The notes: generated from the letters alone by a model not told the origin. A DNA stretch of 64,000 nucleotides from Lachnospiraceae bacterium (GCA_041776485.1 JBHBQE010000021.1:27896-91895); one strand, 5' to 3'; positions 1 to 10,199 are shown, counted from the first letter of the stretch. Numbers and translations are program-made.

Positions 1-1
1 G

Positions 2-391
2 ATGATTGGAAATAAAATAAAGACTACCCAATTATTATTTATCCCTAGCGTAACTATGGTATTATCAATAGCATTTCTTATTATTTCAAAAAATCCCGTA
101 GTGCTGATAGGGGCGGTTGTGATATTAGGACTGTCAATGTCAGGGATGTATGGAAATATATTGGCAAACGCAGGCACGGTCTTTATGACCTATCCTATTT
201 CCATAAATATTCTTAACTTTATAGGTTCTTTTGGCGGAGTAGTTACACCTATAATAGTGGGACGGATTTCCCATATGGTGGATATTCGCGTGGGAATGAG
301 CGCCATAATGATTCCTGCTGTAATTACATTGATATGTACGATTTTAAATATTAAAATGAAAAATCCGGACAGAAATTTTTGCCCGTTATAG
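2..391 (+). CDS. C-terminal fragment of a polytopic membrane transporter (MFS-like); 5' end outside the window
   Basis: ORF is open to the left window edge. Several hydrophobic helices (VVLIGAVVILGLSMSG, FIGSFGGVVTPIIVG, AIMIPAVITLICTIL). Family call is by general resemblance only. Confidence 0.45.
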   Translation: MIGNKIKTTQLLFIPSVTMVLSIAFLIISKNPVVLIGAVVILGLSMSGMYGNILANAGTVFMTYPISINILNFIGSFGGVVTPIIVGRISHMVDIRVGMSAIMIPAVITLICTILNIKMKNPDRNFCPL

Positions 392-485
392 GATGTTTAT
401 CGTTGTTTGTAATTTTATAAACGATTGTGTAGACGGTTAAATTACGGGTTTTTGTATAAATTAATAAGAAAGTAGAGAGATAAAT

Positions 486-1313
486 ATGGAAAGCTTTACA
501 TTATTAAATAATTATAAAATCCCGAGTATTGGATTTGGTACATGGAAAGTGGCAGATAATGTGGATAGTGTTTCCATAGTAAGAAATGCTATAGAAAGCG
601 GTTACAGGCATATAGACACGGCCAGTAAATACAGGACTGAGGAGGCTGTGGGAGAGGCTGTGAGAGAGTCTGGTATCTCTCGCAAGGAAATTTTTATTAC
701 CTCTAAGGCTTGGTTTAGTGAGATGGGCTATGATAATGTCAGGAGAGCCTGTGAAAATTCTTTAAAAAGCCTTAAAACCGACTATATGGATTTATACCTT
801 ATTCATTGGACATCAAGAGATTTTGCACTGGATAATGAAACATGGAGAGGTATGGAGCGGCTTTATGAAGAAGGCTGTGTTCGTGCAATAGGACTTAGTA
901 ATTTTCTTATCAGACATATGGAGAATATATTTTCTTCCTGTAATATAGCCCCCATGGTTAATCAGCTGGAATTTCATCCGGGTTATATTCAATGGGACAG
1001 TGTATCCTATGCTCAGAATAAAGGAATGGTGGTGGAGGCTTGGAGTCCTCTAGGGAGAGACAGGCTGTTGAATCACCCTCTGATTTTAGAATTATCGGAA
1101 AAATATGGTGTATCCCACGCGCAGCTTTGCTTAAAATTTGCCCTGCAATGCGGCATAATTCCGCTTCCCAAATCCTCTGCAAGGGAGCGTATGGAGCAAA
1201 ATATGCAGCTTGATTTTTTGATTGAAGAGCCTGATATGGACAGGCTAAAAAATATGCCTGAGGCGGGATTTTCCGGTGAGCACCCGGATCTTAACCCGCC
1301 GGATGCTGTCTGA
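486..1313 (+). CDS. aldo/keto reductase (2,5-diketo-D-gluconate reductase-like)
   Basis: 275-aa ORF with AKR-type motifs GFGTW, RHIDTA..Y, LYLIHW, IGLSNF and PLPKS. Confidence 0.85.
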   Translation: MESFTLLNNYKIPSIGFGTWKVADNVDSVSIVRNAIESGYRHIDTASKYRTEEAVGEAVRESGISRKEIFITSKAWFSEMGYDNVRRACENSLKSLKTDYMDLYLIHWTSRDFALDNETWRGMERLYEEGCVRAIGLSNFLIRHMENIFSSCNIAPMVNQLEFHPGYIQWDSVSYAQNKGMVVEAWSPLGRDRLLNHPLILELSEKYGVSHAQLCLKFALQCGIIPLPKSSARERMEQNMQLDFLIEEPDMDRLKNMPEAGFSGEHPDLNPPDAV

Positions 1314-1510
1314 TTTACAGCTGCATATCTCATCTGCCTTTCAATTAACAAATTTTTATGTTATAATATTACCTAATATTTTTGCCATGCTGGAACATGA
1401 GAAATATTGTTTATATTGCAAATTAGTACCTCTTTAGTCGGAGGTACATAGTATATAAGAAAAGGAGATGTTATCATGAGAAAAGAAAAACCTGTAAAGG
1501 CCAAAATTTC

Positions 1511-1521
1511 GGGGGGGGGGG
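1511..1521 (+). repeat. G11 homopolymer inside the 5' end of the chemoreceptor gene (frameshift or phase-variation candidate)
   Basis: Counted directly: c1510, then g1511-g1521, then t1522. It lies between ATG 1476 (AAGGAG at 1462-1467) and the long MCP reading frame. Confidence 0.9.
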
Positions 1522-1567
1522 TAACGTTACCTTAACTCATAGCCTTGGCTTTACCGTCGGGCTTACT

Positions 1568-3634
1568 ATGGCAATTATTTTATTTGTCTCCCTGGGATTA
1601 AAAACAACTTATGATGTATATACATCATACACTTCTACAATTCAAGACAAGCAGAATCTAAAGGTCGAAGAAGCCAGAAAGCTTGCCAGCGACATGGAAA
1701 GTATGTTTGAATCCATGTATCAATCCGGATCCGGAGCCCATGCGTTTATAACGGAGATAGTGGAAACCACTGAACCTGAATTAAGGTACAGAGAAGCAAT
1801 TGTTCAAGGTATTAAAAATATTTTTGAAAACAATGATAATATAGACGGCATGGGAGTTTACTTTGAACCTAATGCCTTTGACGGAAGAGATGGAGAGTTT
1901 ATTACAGAAACTAACCCCGCAGGACGGTTTAGTGCTTATGCATCTGACGATGGAAACGGCGTTGCCATAGATGATACTGATTTTACCAGCAGTGATTGGT
2001 ACGTAAAAACCATGGAAGAGGGAAAGGTTCTTTTTCTGGATCCTTATATTGATGACAGTAATAATCTCGTAGCTTCTTATACTTATCCTATTATCATAAA
2101 TTCTCAGATTATAGGTGTTCTTATTGTTGATACCTATGTAAATGACATACAGGAGTTTTTAGCAAAGAATTATAATTCCGCTTATGATTATAAAGTCCTT
2201 ATGAGCGGCAGTTCAACTATTATCGCTAATTCCTACGATAGCAGCAAAATAACTCAAAATTGGCTTGAGACACATCCCGATAGACAGAGTAATTTTGACA
2301 TGGCTCAAAATAATGAGGAGTCTATAGAGGAGATGGTGTCCACTACCTCAAAGATGAAATCAAAGGTTGTGTTTGTGCCGGTAAAGACTCCGGGGACAGA
2401 GGAAAACTGGGTGCTAGAGTCTGTAACGGCAGTAGACTATATGACAAAGGACGCCAGAGAGGCAGCGATTTTAGGTATAATTATAAGTGTTATTACCATT
2501 GTGCTTCTTTCAGCTATAATTGTATTCCTTCTGTTTAGCAAAGTAATAGCTCCTTTGTCTGTTATAGAAAGCGTTATGAGTAAGTTCGCTAAGTATGACT
2601 TAAATATTACAGAGGAGGCGTCTAAGGCTCAAAAGTATTTGAATGGTAAGGATGAAATAGGAAGCGTATTTAGGTCTGTTAAGGAGCATGCAGATAATCT
2701 TAAGGCTATAGTTACCACCATATCTTTACATTCTCAAAATACTGCCGCAACAGCCGAGGAGCTTACAGCAACCGCACAATCCACGGCAAGCTCCGCCCAA
2801 CAGGTATCACAAGCAGTTACTAATATTGCAGAGGGAGCCACCTCTCAGGCAGAGGATACCCAATCTGCTGCAGGTTCCGTAGAAAGCTCTGACAATCTGC
2901 TTAAGGATATGCTGACTGTATTACAGGAGCTTATGCAGGCAACAAACAGCATTACGCAGAGTAAGGACGAGGGTAACGAAACCTTAAACGCTCTTGTAGC
3001 AGCAATAGAGGAAAATAATGAAGCTGCAAGGGAAATAAGCGAAACTATATTTAAAACCAGCGAAAGCGCCGACCAGATTTCTAAATCCGGTGAGATGATT
3101 CAGTCCATATCAGACCAGACAAATCTGCTTGCGTTAAATGCTGCTATAGAAGCAGCTCGAGCAGGAGAGGCAGGAAAGGGATTTGCGGTTGTGGCTGACG
3201 AAATCAGAAAGCTTGCAGAGCAGTCCTCAGATTTTACAGAGGAAATCAGGAACACCATTGATGACCTTAAGGTTAAAACCGATAATGCGGTTCAGATTAT
3301 TAAAAAGGTGCAGGAGCTTGGTAAAACTCAGGATGAAAAGCTCAAGGAAACTGAAAGCAAGTTTGAAAAGATTTCTGCTTCAGTAAATCAGGCAAGAGAT
3401 ATTTTAGATATGTTAAGCGGTTCTTCAAAGAAAATGGAGGATGAAAATCGGAATATTGTAAGAGTGGTAGAGAATTTATCTGCTCTTTCAGAGGAGAATG
3501 CTGCAACTACAGAGGAAGCCAGTGCTTCCGTAGATACACAGGTTCAATCCATAGAGGATATTTCCAAGGCCTCTGAGGGATTGGCGCAGATAGCTACAGA
3601 GCTGCAGGAGGAGGTAGCTAAGTTTAATCTGTAG
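1568..3634 (+). CDS. methyl-accepting chemotaxis protein with Cache-like extracytoplasmic sensor; the likely true start (ATG 1476) is out of frame in this sequence
   Basis: Signalling-domain tip motif [34 protein letters not shown]. About 270-aa sensor region, then TM helix [23 protein letters not shown] and a HAMP-like linker. The frame is open upstream to 1427 and encodes the missing part of TM1. Confidence 0.9.
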   Translation: MAIILFVSLGLKTTYDVYTSYTSTIQDKQNLKVEEARKLASDMESMFESMYQSGSGAHAFITEIVETTEPELRYREAIVQGIKNIFENNDNIDGMGVYFEPNAFDGRDGEFITETNPAGRFSAYASDDGNGVAIDDTDFTSSDWYVKTMEEGKVLFLDPYIDDSNNLVASYTYPIIINSQIIGVLIVDTYVNDIQEFLAKNYNSAYDYKVLMSGSSTIIANSYDSSKITQNWLETHPDRQSNFDMAQNNEESIEEMVSTTSKMKSKVVFVPVKTPGTEENWVLESVTAVDYMTKDAREAAILGIIISVITIVLLSAIIVFLLFSKVIAPLSVIESVMSKFAKYDLNITEEASKAQKYLNGKDEIGSVFRSVKEHADNLKAIVTTISLHSQNTAATAEELTATAQSTASSAQQVSQAVTNIAEGATSQAEDTQSAAGSVESSDNLLKDMLTVLQELMQATNSITQSKDEGNETLNALVAAIEENNEAAREISETIFKTSESADQISKSGEMIQSISDQTNLLALNAAIEAARAGEAGKGFAVVADEIRKLAEQSSDFTEEIRNTIDDLKVKTDNAVQIIKKVQELGKTQDEKLKETESKFEKISASVNQARDILDMLSGSSKKMEDENRNIVRVVENLSALSEENAATTEEASASVDTQVQSIEDISKASEGLAQIATELQEEVAKFNL

Positions 3635-3734
3635 TATTAACTGTTGAACAGGTACTATTCAGTATCATTGTGCCAAAATCAACCGGTGTTGGATTTGAAA
3701 ATATAATAAAAATCTGGCTCTCGTTAATTTAAAT

Positions 3735-3807
3735 GACAGGCAATGAACCGCACCCCCCAAGAGAGAAGTTATTTGACTTTTCGTGTAGGTTTGTTGCCTG
3801 TCTTTTT
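3735..3807 (+). terminator. long-loop hairpin followed by T5 (terminator-like or structured RNA element)
   Basis: GACAGGCAA (3735-3743) pairs with TTGCCTGTC (3794-3802), followed by TTTTT (3803-3807). The loop is about 50 nt, which is atypical for a simple intrinsic terminator. Confidence 0.35.
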
Positions 3808-3917
3808 ATGCTGAAAGGAAGGGTAAATCTTACTTTTTAGCGGGTATTATGCTTATCTTAAGCGGATAGGGGTTGTTATCAGAGGGTTGGAATAAATTAA
3901 TATGATTAATTGTGACA

Positions 3918-3945
3918 TTGCTTTTTATTTTTAAGGTGCTATAAT
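3918..3945 (+). promoter_or_regulatory. possible sigma-A type promoter with extended -10 upstream of the flagellin-like gene
   Basis: TTGCTT (3918-3923), 16-nt spacer ending in TGc, then TATAAT (3940-3945). No sigma-D type TAAA-N15-GCCGATAT motif was seen. Confidence 0.3.
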
Positions 3946-4007
3946 CTTCTTATAATAAGATACATTATTAAAACCTTGATATAAACACGGGAAATAAGGA
4001 GGTTGCC

Positions 4008-4784
4008 ATGGCAGTTTCAGGTATAAATAATGGAAATATGTATCGGTCCTATGGTCAGATTGCCAGCGGCAATCGTCTTACCTCTGCTGCGGTAGACCCT
4101 GCCGGTCTTGCAATATCAGAGGGAATGAAGCGTCATGAAACAGGACTGGATGTCGGAGGCAACAATCAGGCGAGTGCCAGAGATTTGTTGAATGTGCAGG
4201 ACAGCGCCCTGGGTTCTATTACTGAGAGCCTTCAAAGAATAAGAGAATTAGGGCTACAGGCAGGGAATACCATGACGGTAACAGATTCTGACAGAGAGAA
4301 ATTACAGGTTGAGGTGGACCATTTAAAGCAGGAGATTAGCAGGGTTGCTAAAGATACTACTTTTAACACTAAAAATATATTAGATGGTAGCTTGGGCAAT
4401 TTACAGCTTGCCACAGACTCCAACGGAAACGGCACATATGTGTCTACCGGCAATGCTACCCTGCAGGCTTTGGGAATTGAGGATTTTGATCTTACAAATA
4501 GTGGATTTAACTTGAATTCCATTGATAAAGCAATAGAGATGGTGACGTCTATGCGTGCGGACTCGGGTGCACAAACAAATAGATTGGAGAGAGGGATCTC
4601 CTTTAATAGATATGCTTCACAGCTTACAACTGTCTCCAGAAGCAGAATTGCAGATCTTGACATGCCCTCTGCCATCTCGGAGCAAAAAAAGCAAAAAACA
4701 ATTAATCAATATCAGTTAATGATGAATAAGAAGAAGATGGAAGACGCAGAGAATAATAATAGAAGATTATTTGGACTCATCTAG
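4008..4784 (+). CDS. short, divergent flagellin-family protein (258 aa)
   Basis: N-terminal flagellin helices (SGNRLTSAAVDPAGLAISEGM, LQRIRELGLQAGN, DREKLQVEVDHLKQEISRVAKDTTFNTKNILDG). C-terminal helices (MRADSGAQTNRLERGISF, SRSRIADLDM). AAGGAGG RBS upstream of the ATG. Confidence 0.7.
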   Translation: MAVSGINNGNMYRSYGQIASGNRLTSAAVDPAGLAISEGMKRHETGLDVGGNNQASARDLLNVQDSALGSITESLQRIRELGLQAGNTMTVTDSDREKLQVEVDHLKQEISRVAKDTTFNTKNILDGSLGNLQLATDSNGNGTYVSTGNATLQALGIEDFDLTNSGFNLNSIDKAIEMVTSMRADSGAQTNRLERGISFNRYASQLTTVSRSRIADLDMPSAISEQKKQKTINQYQLMMNKKKMEDAENNNRRLFGLI

Positions 4785-4792
4785 AGATTATT

Positions 4793-6277
4793 ATGAGAAC
4801 AGCGGGAATACTTTTACCTATAACATCCTTGCCGAATAAATACGGTATAGGGTGTTTTTCTATGCAGGCAAAGGAATTTATAGATTTTCTAAAGCTTTCA
4901 GGGCAGCACTACTGGCAGATACTTCCTATCGGTCCCACAGGCTTTGGATATTCTCCTTATCAGTCTTATTCCACATTTGCCATTGACCCAATGCTTATAG
5001 ATATACAGAGCCTTATAGATGAGGGAACCATCACAAAAGAGGAGTGTAGGATATTAGAGGGGTTTTCCGATAGCTATGTGGATTATGAAAATATTACTTC
5101 AATAAAACTTTCACTTTTAAAAAAATCCTACCAAAGAAGAGAGGATCATCGGGAGTTGGAAGAATTTGCAGGCAGAGAGGCTTATTGGCTGGATTGCTTT
5201 GCTCTTTTTATGGATATCCATACAAGACTGAAGGGAACAAGCTATGCAAAATGGGATGATGAGTTCAGACTTCCGGACTGGTCTGTGGTAGACAGATACA
5301 AAGAGGAGCATAGTGATGACATTAATTTTTACCGCTATGTGCAATTTAAGGCATATGAGCAGTGGAAGAGAATAAAGGAATATGCCAATAAAAACAATAT
5401 AGAAATAATTGGCGATTTGCCGATATATGTGTCCCCTGATGGCGCCGATGTATGGCTTAATAAATCCCTGTTTCAAATGGATGATAAAGGAAATATGGAC
5501 AATATTGCAGGCTGTCCCGGAGATAACTATGCTCCTGAGGGACAGCTTTGGGGCAATCCTCTTTACAATTGGAGCTATCACAGGGATACAGGGTATGCAT
5601 GGTGGATTTTACGTATGGAAAAGGCTTTGGATCTGTATGATGTTGTTAGACTTGATCATTTTAGAGGGTTTGATGAATATTTTTCCATACCTGCCAAGGA
5701 TAAAAATGCGGAAAATGGTAAATGGATCCCCGGTCCGGGGATGGACTTATTCAATGTGTTAAAGGAAGAATTTGGAGATAGGCTTAGAGTGATTGCCGAG
5801 GATTTAGGCTTTTTAACTGATGGGGTCAGAAGACTGCGGCTTGAAAGCGGATTTCCGGGAATGAAGGTATTACAGTTTGCCTATGGTGGATATGCCGGTA
5901 ATGAGTATCTTCCCCATCTTCATATACCGAATTCCGTTTGTTATACAGGAACCCATGATAACCAAACCACTTTAGGCTGGCTTACAGATAAAAGTACAGA
6001 TAAAAAGGTTCTTCGGCATATTCTTGAATATCATGATATTGATAAAAGAATATCAGGGAAAGATCTGGTTAAAAAGTTGGTAGCCATAGCCCATGCCTCT
6101 GTAGCAAATACCTGTATTATTCCTATGCAGGATTATCTATACTTAGATGATAGTGCCAGAATTAATATTCCCTCTACAGTTGGAGGCAGGAATTGGAAAT
6201 GGCGAATGAAAAGCTTGCCAGGTAAAAAACTTGCAGAGGAGATTTTTAGGCTGGTAAGGCTTTATGGCAGAGGTTAA
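4793..6277 (+). CDS. malQ: 4-alpha-glucanotransferase (amylomaltase, GH77)
   Basis: 494-aa ORF starting with RTAGILLPITSLP. Contains VRLDHFRGF and the GTHDN motif typical of MalQ. Confidence 0.9.
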   Translation: MRTAGILLPITSLPNKYGIGCFSMQAKEFIDFLKLSGQHYWQILPIGPTGFGYSPYQSYSTFAIDPMLIDIQSLIDEGTITKEECRILEGFSDSYVDYENITSIKLSLLKKSYQRREDHRELEEFAGREAYWLDCFALFMDIHTRLKGTSYAKWDDEFRLPDWSVVDRYKEEHSDDINFYRYVQFKAYEQWKRIKEYANKNNIEIIGDLPIYVSPDGADVWLNKSLFQMDDKGNMDNIAGCPGDNYAPEGQLWGNPLYNWSYHRDTGYAWWILRMEKALDLYDVVRLDHFRGFDEYFSIPAKDKNAENGKWIPGPGMDLFNVLKEEFGDRLRVIAEDLGFLTDGVRRLRLESGFPGMKVLQFAYGGYAGNEYLPHLHIPNSVCYTGTHDNQTTLGWLTDKSTDKKVLRHILEYHDIDKRISGKDLVKKLVAIAHASVANTCIIPMQDYLYLDDSARINIPSTVGGRNWKWRMKSLPGKKLAEEIFRLVRLYGRG

Positions 6278-6285
6278 TACCGGAT

Positions 6286-8871
6286 CTATTCAGTCGGAGT
6301 AACTGGCGGTGTGGCAGGAGCGACATTAGTGGTGACTCCGGAATTATCCTGAGGTGCGGGTGTGGGAGCCGGAGCAGGCGGAACAAATGCACCGTGGAAA
6401 GTGCATACCTGATTGGCGGCTTCACTGCTTATGGAAAATTCGGAATCGGCAGAACCTTCTGCAGCATCTATAATAAATACTCCTGAAATAGCGGGACAAT
6501 ATGGTCCGGCTAATTGTCTGGTTTCAGCGCAAATAGTTAAGAGCACATGCTTGTCACATGGAGTTGTAGGTTCTGTTCCTGAGGCAAAATACTCTGTACG
6601 CACCGTGCTTCCTCTAGGGTCTCCCTCGCAAACGCCGGGAATTGCAAGCCCGCCTGATTTCATACAGGCAGTAGCCTTAACAATACCTGGAGGCATTTCA
6701 AAATCTTTATCCTCAAGTCCCTCATGGATTCTGCTCATTACAGCTTTCCAAATACGTTTGGAATATGCGGTGGACTTTTGTACTGCATTATCGTCAAATC
6801 CACCCCAGATTACACAGGTATAATATGGTGAATATCCTGCAAATAATGTATCTCTATTGGAGGTGGTGGTACCGGATTTCCCTGCAAGGGTCATGCCGGA
6901 GAAATTAGCCGGCGTACCGGTTCCTGAGGTCATAACATCTTTCATTGCGTCTGTTAAAAGCCAGGCTGTTGTGGGCTTTAATACTTCTTTGGGAGTATCT
7001 GCCTCAGTATCCAAAATAACCTCTCCCGAATGGTCAATGACCTTGGTATAAAAGGACGGGCGGTTATATTCACCAAGATTTGCAATGGTTGCAAAGGCAC
7101 CGCAAAGATCTATATTCTTAACTCCATATGTAATGCCGCCCAAGGCAAGGGATTGTACATTATCAGTGCTTTCCAGGGTAGTAATTCCCAAATCCTTGGC
7201 ATATTGAAGTCCAAGTCCTGTACCTATTTCAGTAAGAGTTTTAACTGCCACAACATTTATGGAATGGGTAATTCCTGTACGAATAGTAGTATATCCTCTG
7301 TATTGGTTATCATAGTTTCTAAGAGGTGTGCCGTTGGCATAGGTCATAGGTGAGTCATCAATGGCAGTGGCAAGAGTCATTTTTCCCGAGTCCAAAGCCG
7401 GCGCATAGCTTGCAATTATTTTAAATGTGGAGCCGGGCTGCCTGGTAATTCCGGTGGCTCTATTCAAGGTTCTGCTGGCAGTTTTATCTCCCCTGCCGCC
7501 AACAATAGCAGGAACCTGTCCGGTATATTGGTCAACTATACTTATTGCTACCTGAGGCTGTAATGTGATATTTATTTTTTCACCGCCCTCAGGGATAGTA
7601 TCTCCGGGAGCCATTACAGCAGCCTTGTATTCCTCTATCGCAGCAAGGGCATCCTCCTCTGATTTAAAGTTTATGCTATATTTTTTATTTTCGCTTTGAT
7701 AATAGGATAGCATGGTTTGCTCACTATAATTTTTAACAGTATCGTCAGATGACTTGGTGGTAAGTCTGTAGGAAAAGGAATATAGAGGATTGGCATTGTA
7801 ATTTTCCTGATTATTCACTTCTTCATCACATATTGCCTGTATAGCGGGATTTTGGGTGGAATATATTGTAAGCCCGCCGGAATACAGCTTGGAATATGCT
7901 TCTGACTCTGTAAGATTAAGCTTATTAATCAGGTCGTCTATTACCTGCTCGCATAATGCGTCAACAAAGTAGGAGGTGGTTGTGCTTTCAAGCTCGCTGT
8001 TTAATATGGCGATTCTGGAATAAACATCATCTGCCATAGCTTCGTCATACTCTTTTTTTGTGATAAATTCAAGCTTAAGCATATCATCCAATACTTTTTT
8101 TCGACGCTTTGTATTTTCATCGGGATTTTTAATAGGGTTGTACTTTGTAGGGTTTTGGGTTATTCCTGCGATGACTGCACTTTCAGAAAGAGTTAAGTCA
8201 GAAACAGTTTTATTAAAATATCTAAGGGAAGCAGACTCCACTCCAAGGGTATTTTGTCCAAGGTTTATGGTGTTCAGGTAATTTTCGAGGATTACCTCTT
8301 TAGATATCTTTCGTTCTAATTGTAAGGCAAGATATTGCTCCTGTATTTTTCTTTCGACTCTTTCCTGGAGTCCCTTTTCAGAGGTCCAACCGGAAAAGTA
8401 ATTATTTTTAAGAAGCTGCTGAGTAATTGTGGAAGCGCCCTGGGTAAAATTTCCGCCATTCAATATACCTGTAATACCTGCCCTGATAATACCTGCAGGG
8501 TCAATTCCGCTATGACTGTAGAACTTTTTATCCTCAATAGCAATAAAGGCATGTTGTAAATCTTTGGGGATTTTATTTAAGGTGATATATTCTCTGTTTG
8601 CCCCTGTGGCAGCCAGTGTTTCTATTTCGTTACCGTTCACATCAAGCACGTGGGTTTTAAAACCCTCTGGGGATATATCCACATCCTCAATATCCGGACA
8701 TTGGGAAATAAGCCCTCCTACATAAACCGCTGTAAAGCCTAAAACTATTGCTATTAAAATCAGAGACAGGGTGGTGAAAAATTTAAGAAAATGTATGCCG
8801 GCGCTGGTTCTTTTCTTTTTATTATTAAGTCGCTTATTTCTTCTGGAAACTTCCTTTTTCGTATAATTCAT
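6286..8871 (-). CDS. class A penicillin-binding protein (transglycosylase/transpeptidase) with Pro-rich C-terminal tail
   Basis: N-terminal TM anchor. GT51 motifs EDKKFYSHSGID, GASTITQQ and RKIQE. Transpeptidase motifs STFK, HSIN and KSGTT. Tail is PPAPAPTPAPQ...PATPPVTPTE. Confidence 0.92.
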   Translation of the reverse strand: MNYTKKEVSRRNKRLNNKKKRTSAGIHFLKFFTTLSLILIAIVLGFTAVYVGGLISQCPDIEDVDISPEGFKTHVLDVNGNEIETLAATGANREYITLNKIPKDLQHAFIAIEDKKFYSHSGIDPAGIIRAGITGILNGGNFTQGASTITQQLLKNNYFSGWTSEKGLQERVERKIQEQYLALQLERKISKEVILENYLNTINLGQNTLGVESASLRYFNKTVSDLTLSESAVIAGITQNPTKYNPIKNPDENTKRRKKVLDDMLKLEFITKKEYDEAMADDVYSRIAILNSELESTTTSYFVDALCEQVIDDLINKLNLTESEAYSKLYSGGLTIYSTQNPAIQAICDEEVNNQENYNANPLYSFSYRLTTKSSDDTVKNYSEQTMLSYYQSENKKYSINFKSEEDALAAIEEYKAAVMAPGDTIPEGGEKINITLQPQVAISIVDQYTGQVPAIVGGRGDKTASRTLNRATGITRQPGSTFKIIASYAPALDSGKMTLATAIDDSPMTYANGTPLRNYDNQYRGYTTIRTGITHSINVVAVKTLTEIGTGLGLQYAKDLGITTLESTDNVQSLALGGITYGVKNIDLCGAFATIANLGEYNRPSFYTKVIDHSGEVILDTEADTPKEVLKPTTAWLLTDAMKDVMTSGTGTPANFSGMTLAGKSGTTTSNRDTLFAGYSPYYTCVIWGGFDDNAVQKSTAYSKRIWKAVMSRIHEGLEDKDFEMPPGIVKATACMKSGGLAIPGVCEGDPRGSTVRTEYFASGTEPTTPCDKHVLLTICAETRQLAGPYCPAISGVFIIDAAEGSADSEFSISSEAANQVCTFHGAFVPPAPAPTPAPQDNSGVTTNVAPATPPVTPTE

Positions 8872-8896
8872 AGTGGGATTATACCAAATTCATAAA

Positions 8897-9523
8897 TTAT
8901 CTGTCAAAAATTCTAAAAAGCAATATTTTTCCCGACAGAACCTGAACCTTCGCCGTTTTCCCGGGTAACGGCTCATTGCTTATGCCGATGGGAAAATCCG
9001 GTTCTATAGTAAAGCAATCCAGTGGGTATAGAGCATTTTCGATAGATACAGTAGCCTTGCCATCTACTGTCATTAAGGAAAAATAGGGGAATTTATCGGA
9101 GATTAGAGCTGAACCCTCAGACACTAATTCAGTCTCGGAAAAATCATCTAAAAGCATAGCCTTGCTGTTGTTTTTAATAAGCATTAACATCAAAGAAATA
9201 TTTGCTAAAGTATGATCAAGTCTGTTGCCAGACATACCTACAAGGAGAATATCCTTATAACCTCTGGCAATAGCCACTTTAGCAGCATAAAAACTGTCGG
9301 TATCGTCCTTCATGCGGGGAAGTACAATAGTTTCTTCTTTAAAATTCTCTAGTTCGTGGGAGTCGAAATCACCGACAATAAGATTGGGAGAAACACCAAG
9401 AGATTTCCTGTGAAACAGTCCGCCGTCACAGAAGATGAAATAGTCGTTTTCCCTTATATATGAGCAAATTCTGTCATAATTATTAATAGAGGAGGCACCT
9501 ACCAAAACACATCGTTTTTTCAT
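8897..9523 (-). CDS. thiN: thiamine diphosphokinase
   Basis: Motifs CDGG, GDFDS, KDDTDS and GNRLDH. I start it at MKKRCVLVG (ATG complement at 9521-9523) because the longer track ORF runs over the divergent yigZ-like start. Confidence 0.8.
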   Translation of the reverse strand: MKKRCVLVGASSINNYDRICSYIRENDYFIFCDGGLFHRKSLGVSPNLIVGDFDSHELENFKEETIVLPRMKDDTDSFYAAKVAIARGYKDILLVGMSGNRLDHTLANISLMLMLIKNNSKAMLLDDFSETELVSEGSALISDKFPYFSLMTVDGKATVSIENALYPLDCFTIEPDFPIGISNEPLPGKTAKVQVLSGKILLFRIFDR

Positions 9524-9548
9524 AAAAAATATGTTAACATAACGTTTA

Positions 9549-10199
9549 ATGGAAAAGAAGCTATATGAAATATATAAGCCTGCCGGCGCTGAAATTATAG
9601 TTAAAAAGTCTAAGTTCATCGGAGAGGTATTTTCAATAAAGTCAGATGATGAGGCAAATGATTTTATTTTGCAGACTAAAAAGAAATATTTTGACGCAAA
9701 ACATCATTGCTTTGCCTATTGTCTGGGGGATACCGTAAACAGTATCAGGTTTTCTGATGATAAAGAGCCTTCTGGGACTGGTGGACGCCCTATATTGGAG
9801 GTAATACAGCAGGGGGATATGGTAAATACCCTGATTATAGTGACAAGGTATTTTGGCGGAATACTGCTGGGGACAGGGGGATTATGCAGAGCATATAGGG
9901 AGGCGGCAGGTCTTGCCCTTGATAATTCAGTTAGGCTGGAGAGAAAAGAGGGGGTAAAGGTATCAATTAATATTCCCTATGAAATATACGGAAAAGTTGA
10001 AAATCTTCTTAAAGAAAAAGAGGCTGTAATACTAAATACTGATTATAGGGAATATGTTTCAGTGGAGTTTTTAACGGGAGAGGAAGGTGCCCTTCATCTT
10101 AAGAAAGCATTTACCGAAATTACCGCAGGTAATATTGATATTACCATAGGTGATAAGGTGAATTATGGGACAGCTGATAATAGAGTCATTTGGCTATAA
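9549..10199 (+). CDS. YigZ/IMPACT family protein
   Basis: KKSKFIGEVF, HHCFAY, DDKEPSGTGGRPIL and VTRYFGGILLGTGGL match the UPF0029/IMPACT N-domain pattern. Confidence 0.8.
   Translation: MEKKLYEIYKPAGAEIIVKKSKFIGEVFSIKSDDEANDFILQTKKKYFDAKHHCFAYCLGDTVNSIRFSDDKEPSGTGGRPILEVIQQGDMVNTLIIVTRYFGGILLGTGGLCRAYREAAGLALDNSVRLERKEGVKVSINIPYEIYGKVENLLKEKEAVILNTDYREYVSVEFLTGEEGALHLKKAFTEITAGNIDITIGDKVNYGTADNRVIWL

Noticed and set aside
1426-1447. 7-bp hairpin GTACCTC/GAGGTAC 29 nt upstream of ATG 1476
   Set aside because: It is short, has no T-run and does not occlude the real RBS. I cannot distinguish it from chance.
3735-3807. c-di-GMP (GEMM) riboswitch upstream of the flagellin-like gene
   Set aside because: AGGCAATGAACC only loosely resembles the GGCAAACC core, and I could not find the second conserved GEMM segment. 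It is kept only as an unassigned structured element.
9521-9551. Only 25 bp between the divergent thiN and yigZ-like start codons
   Set aside because: It is unusual but explicable if each promoter lies inside the other gene. It also depends on my start-codon choice for thiN.
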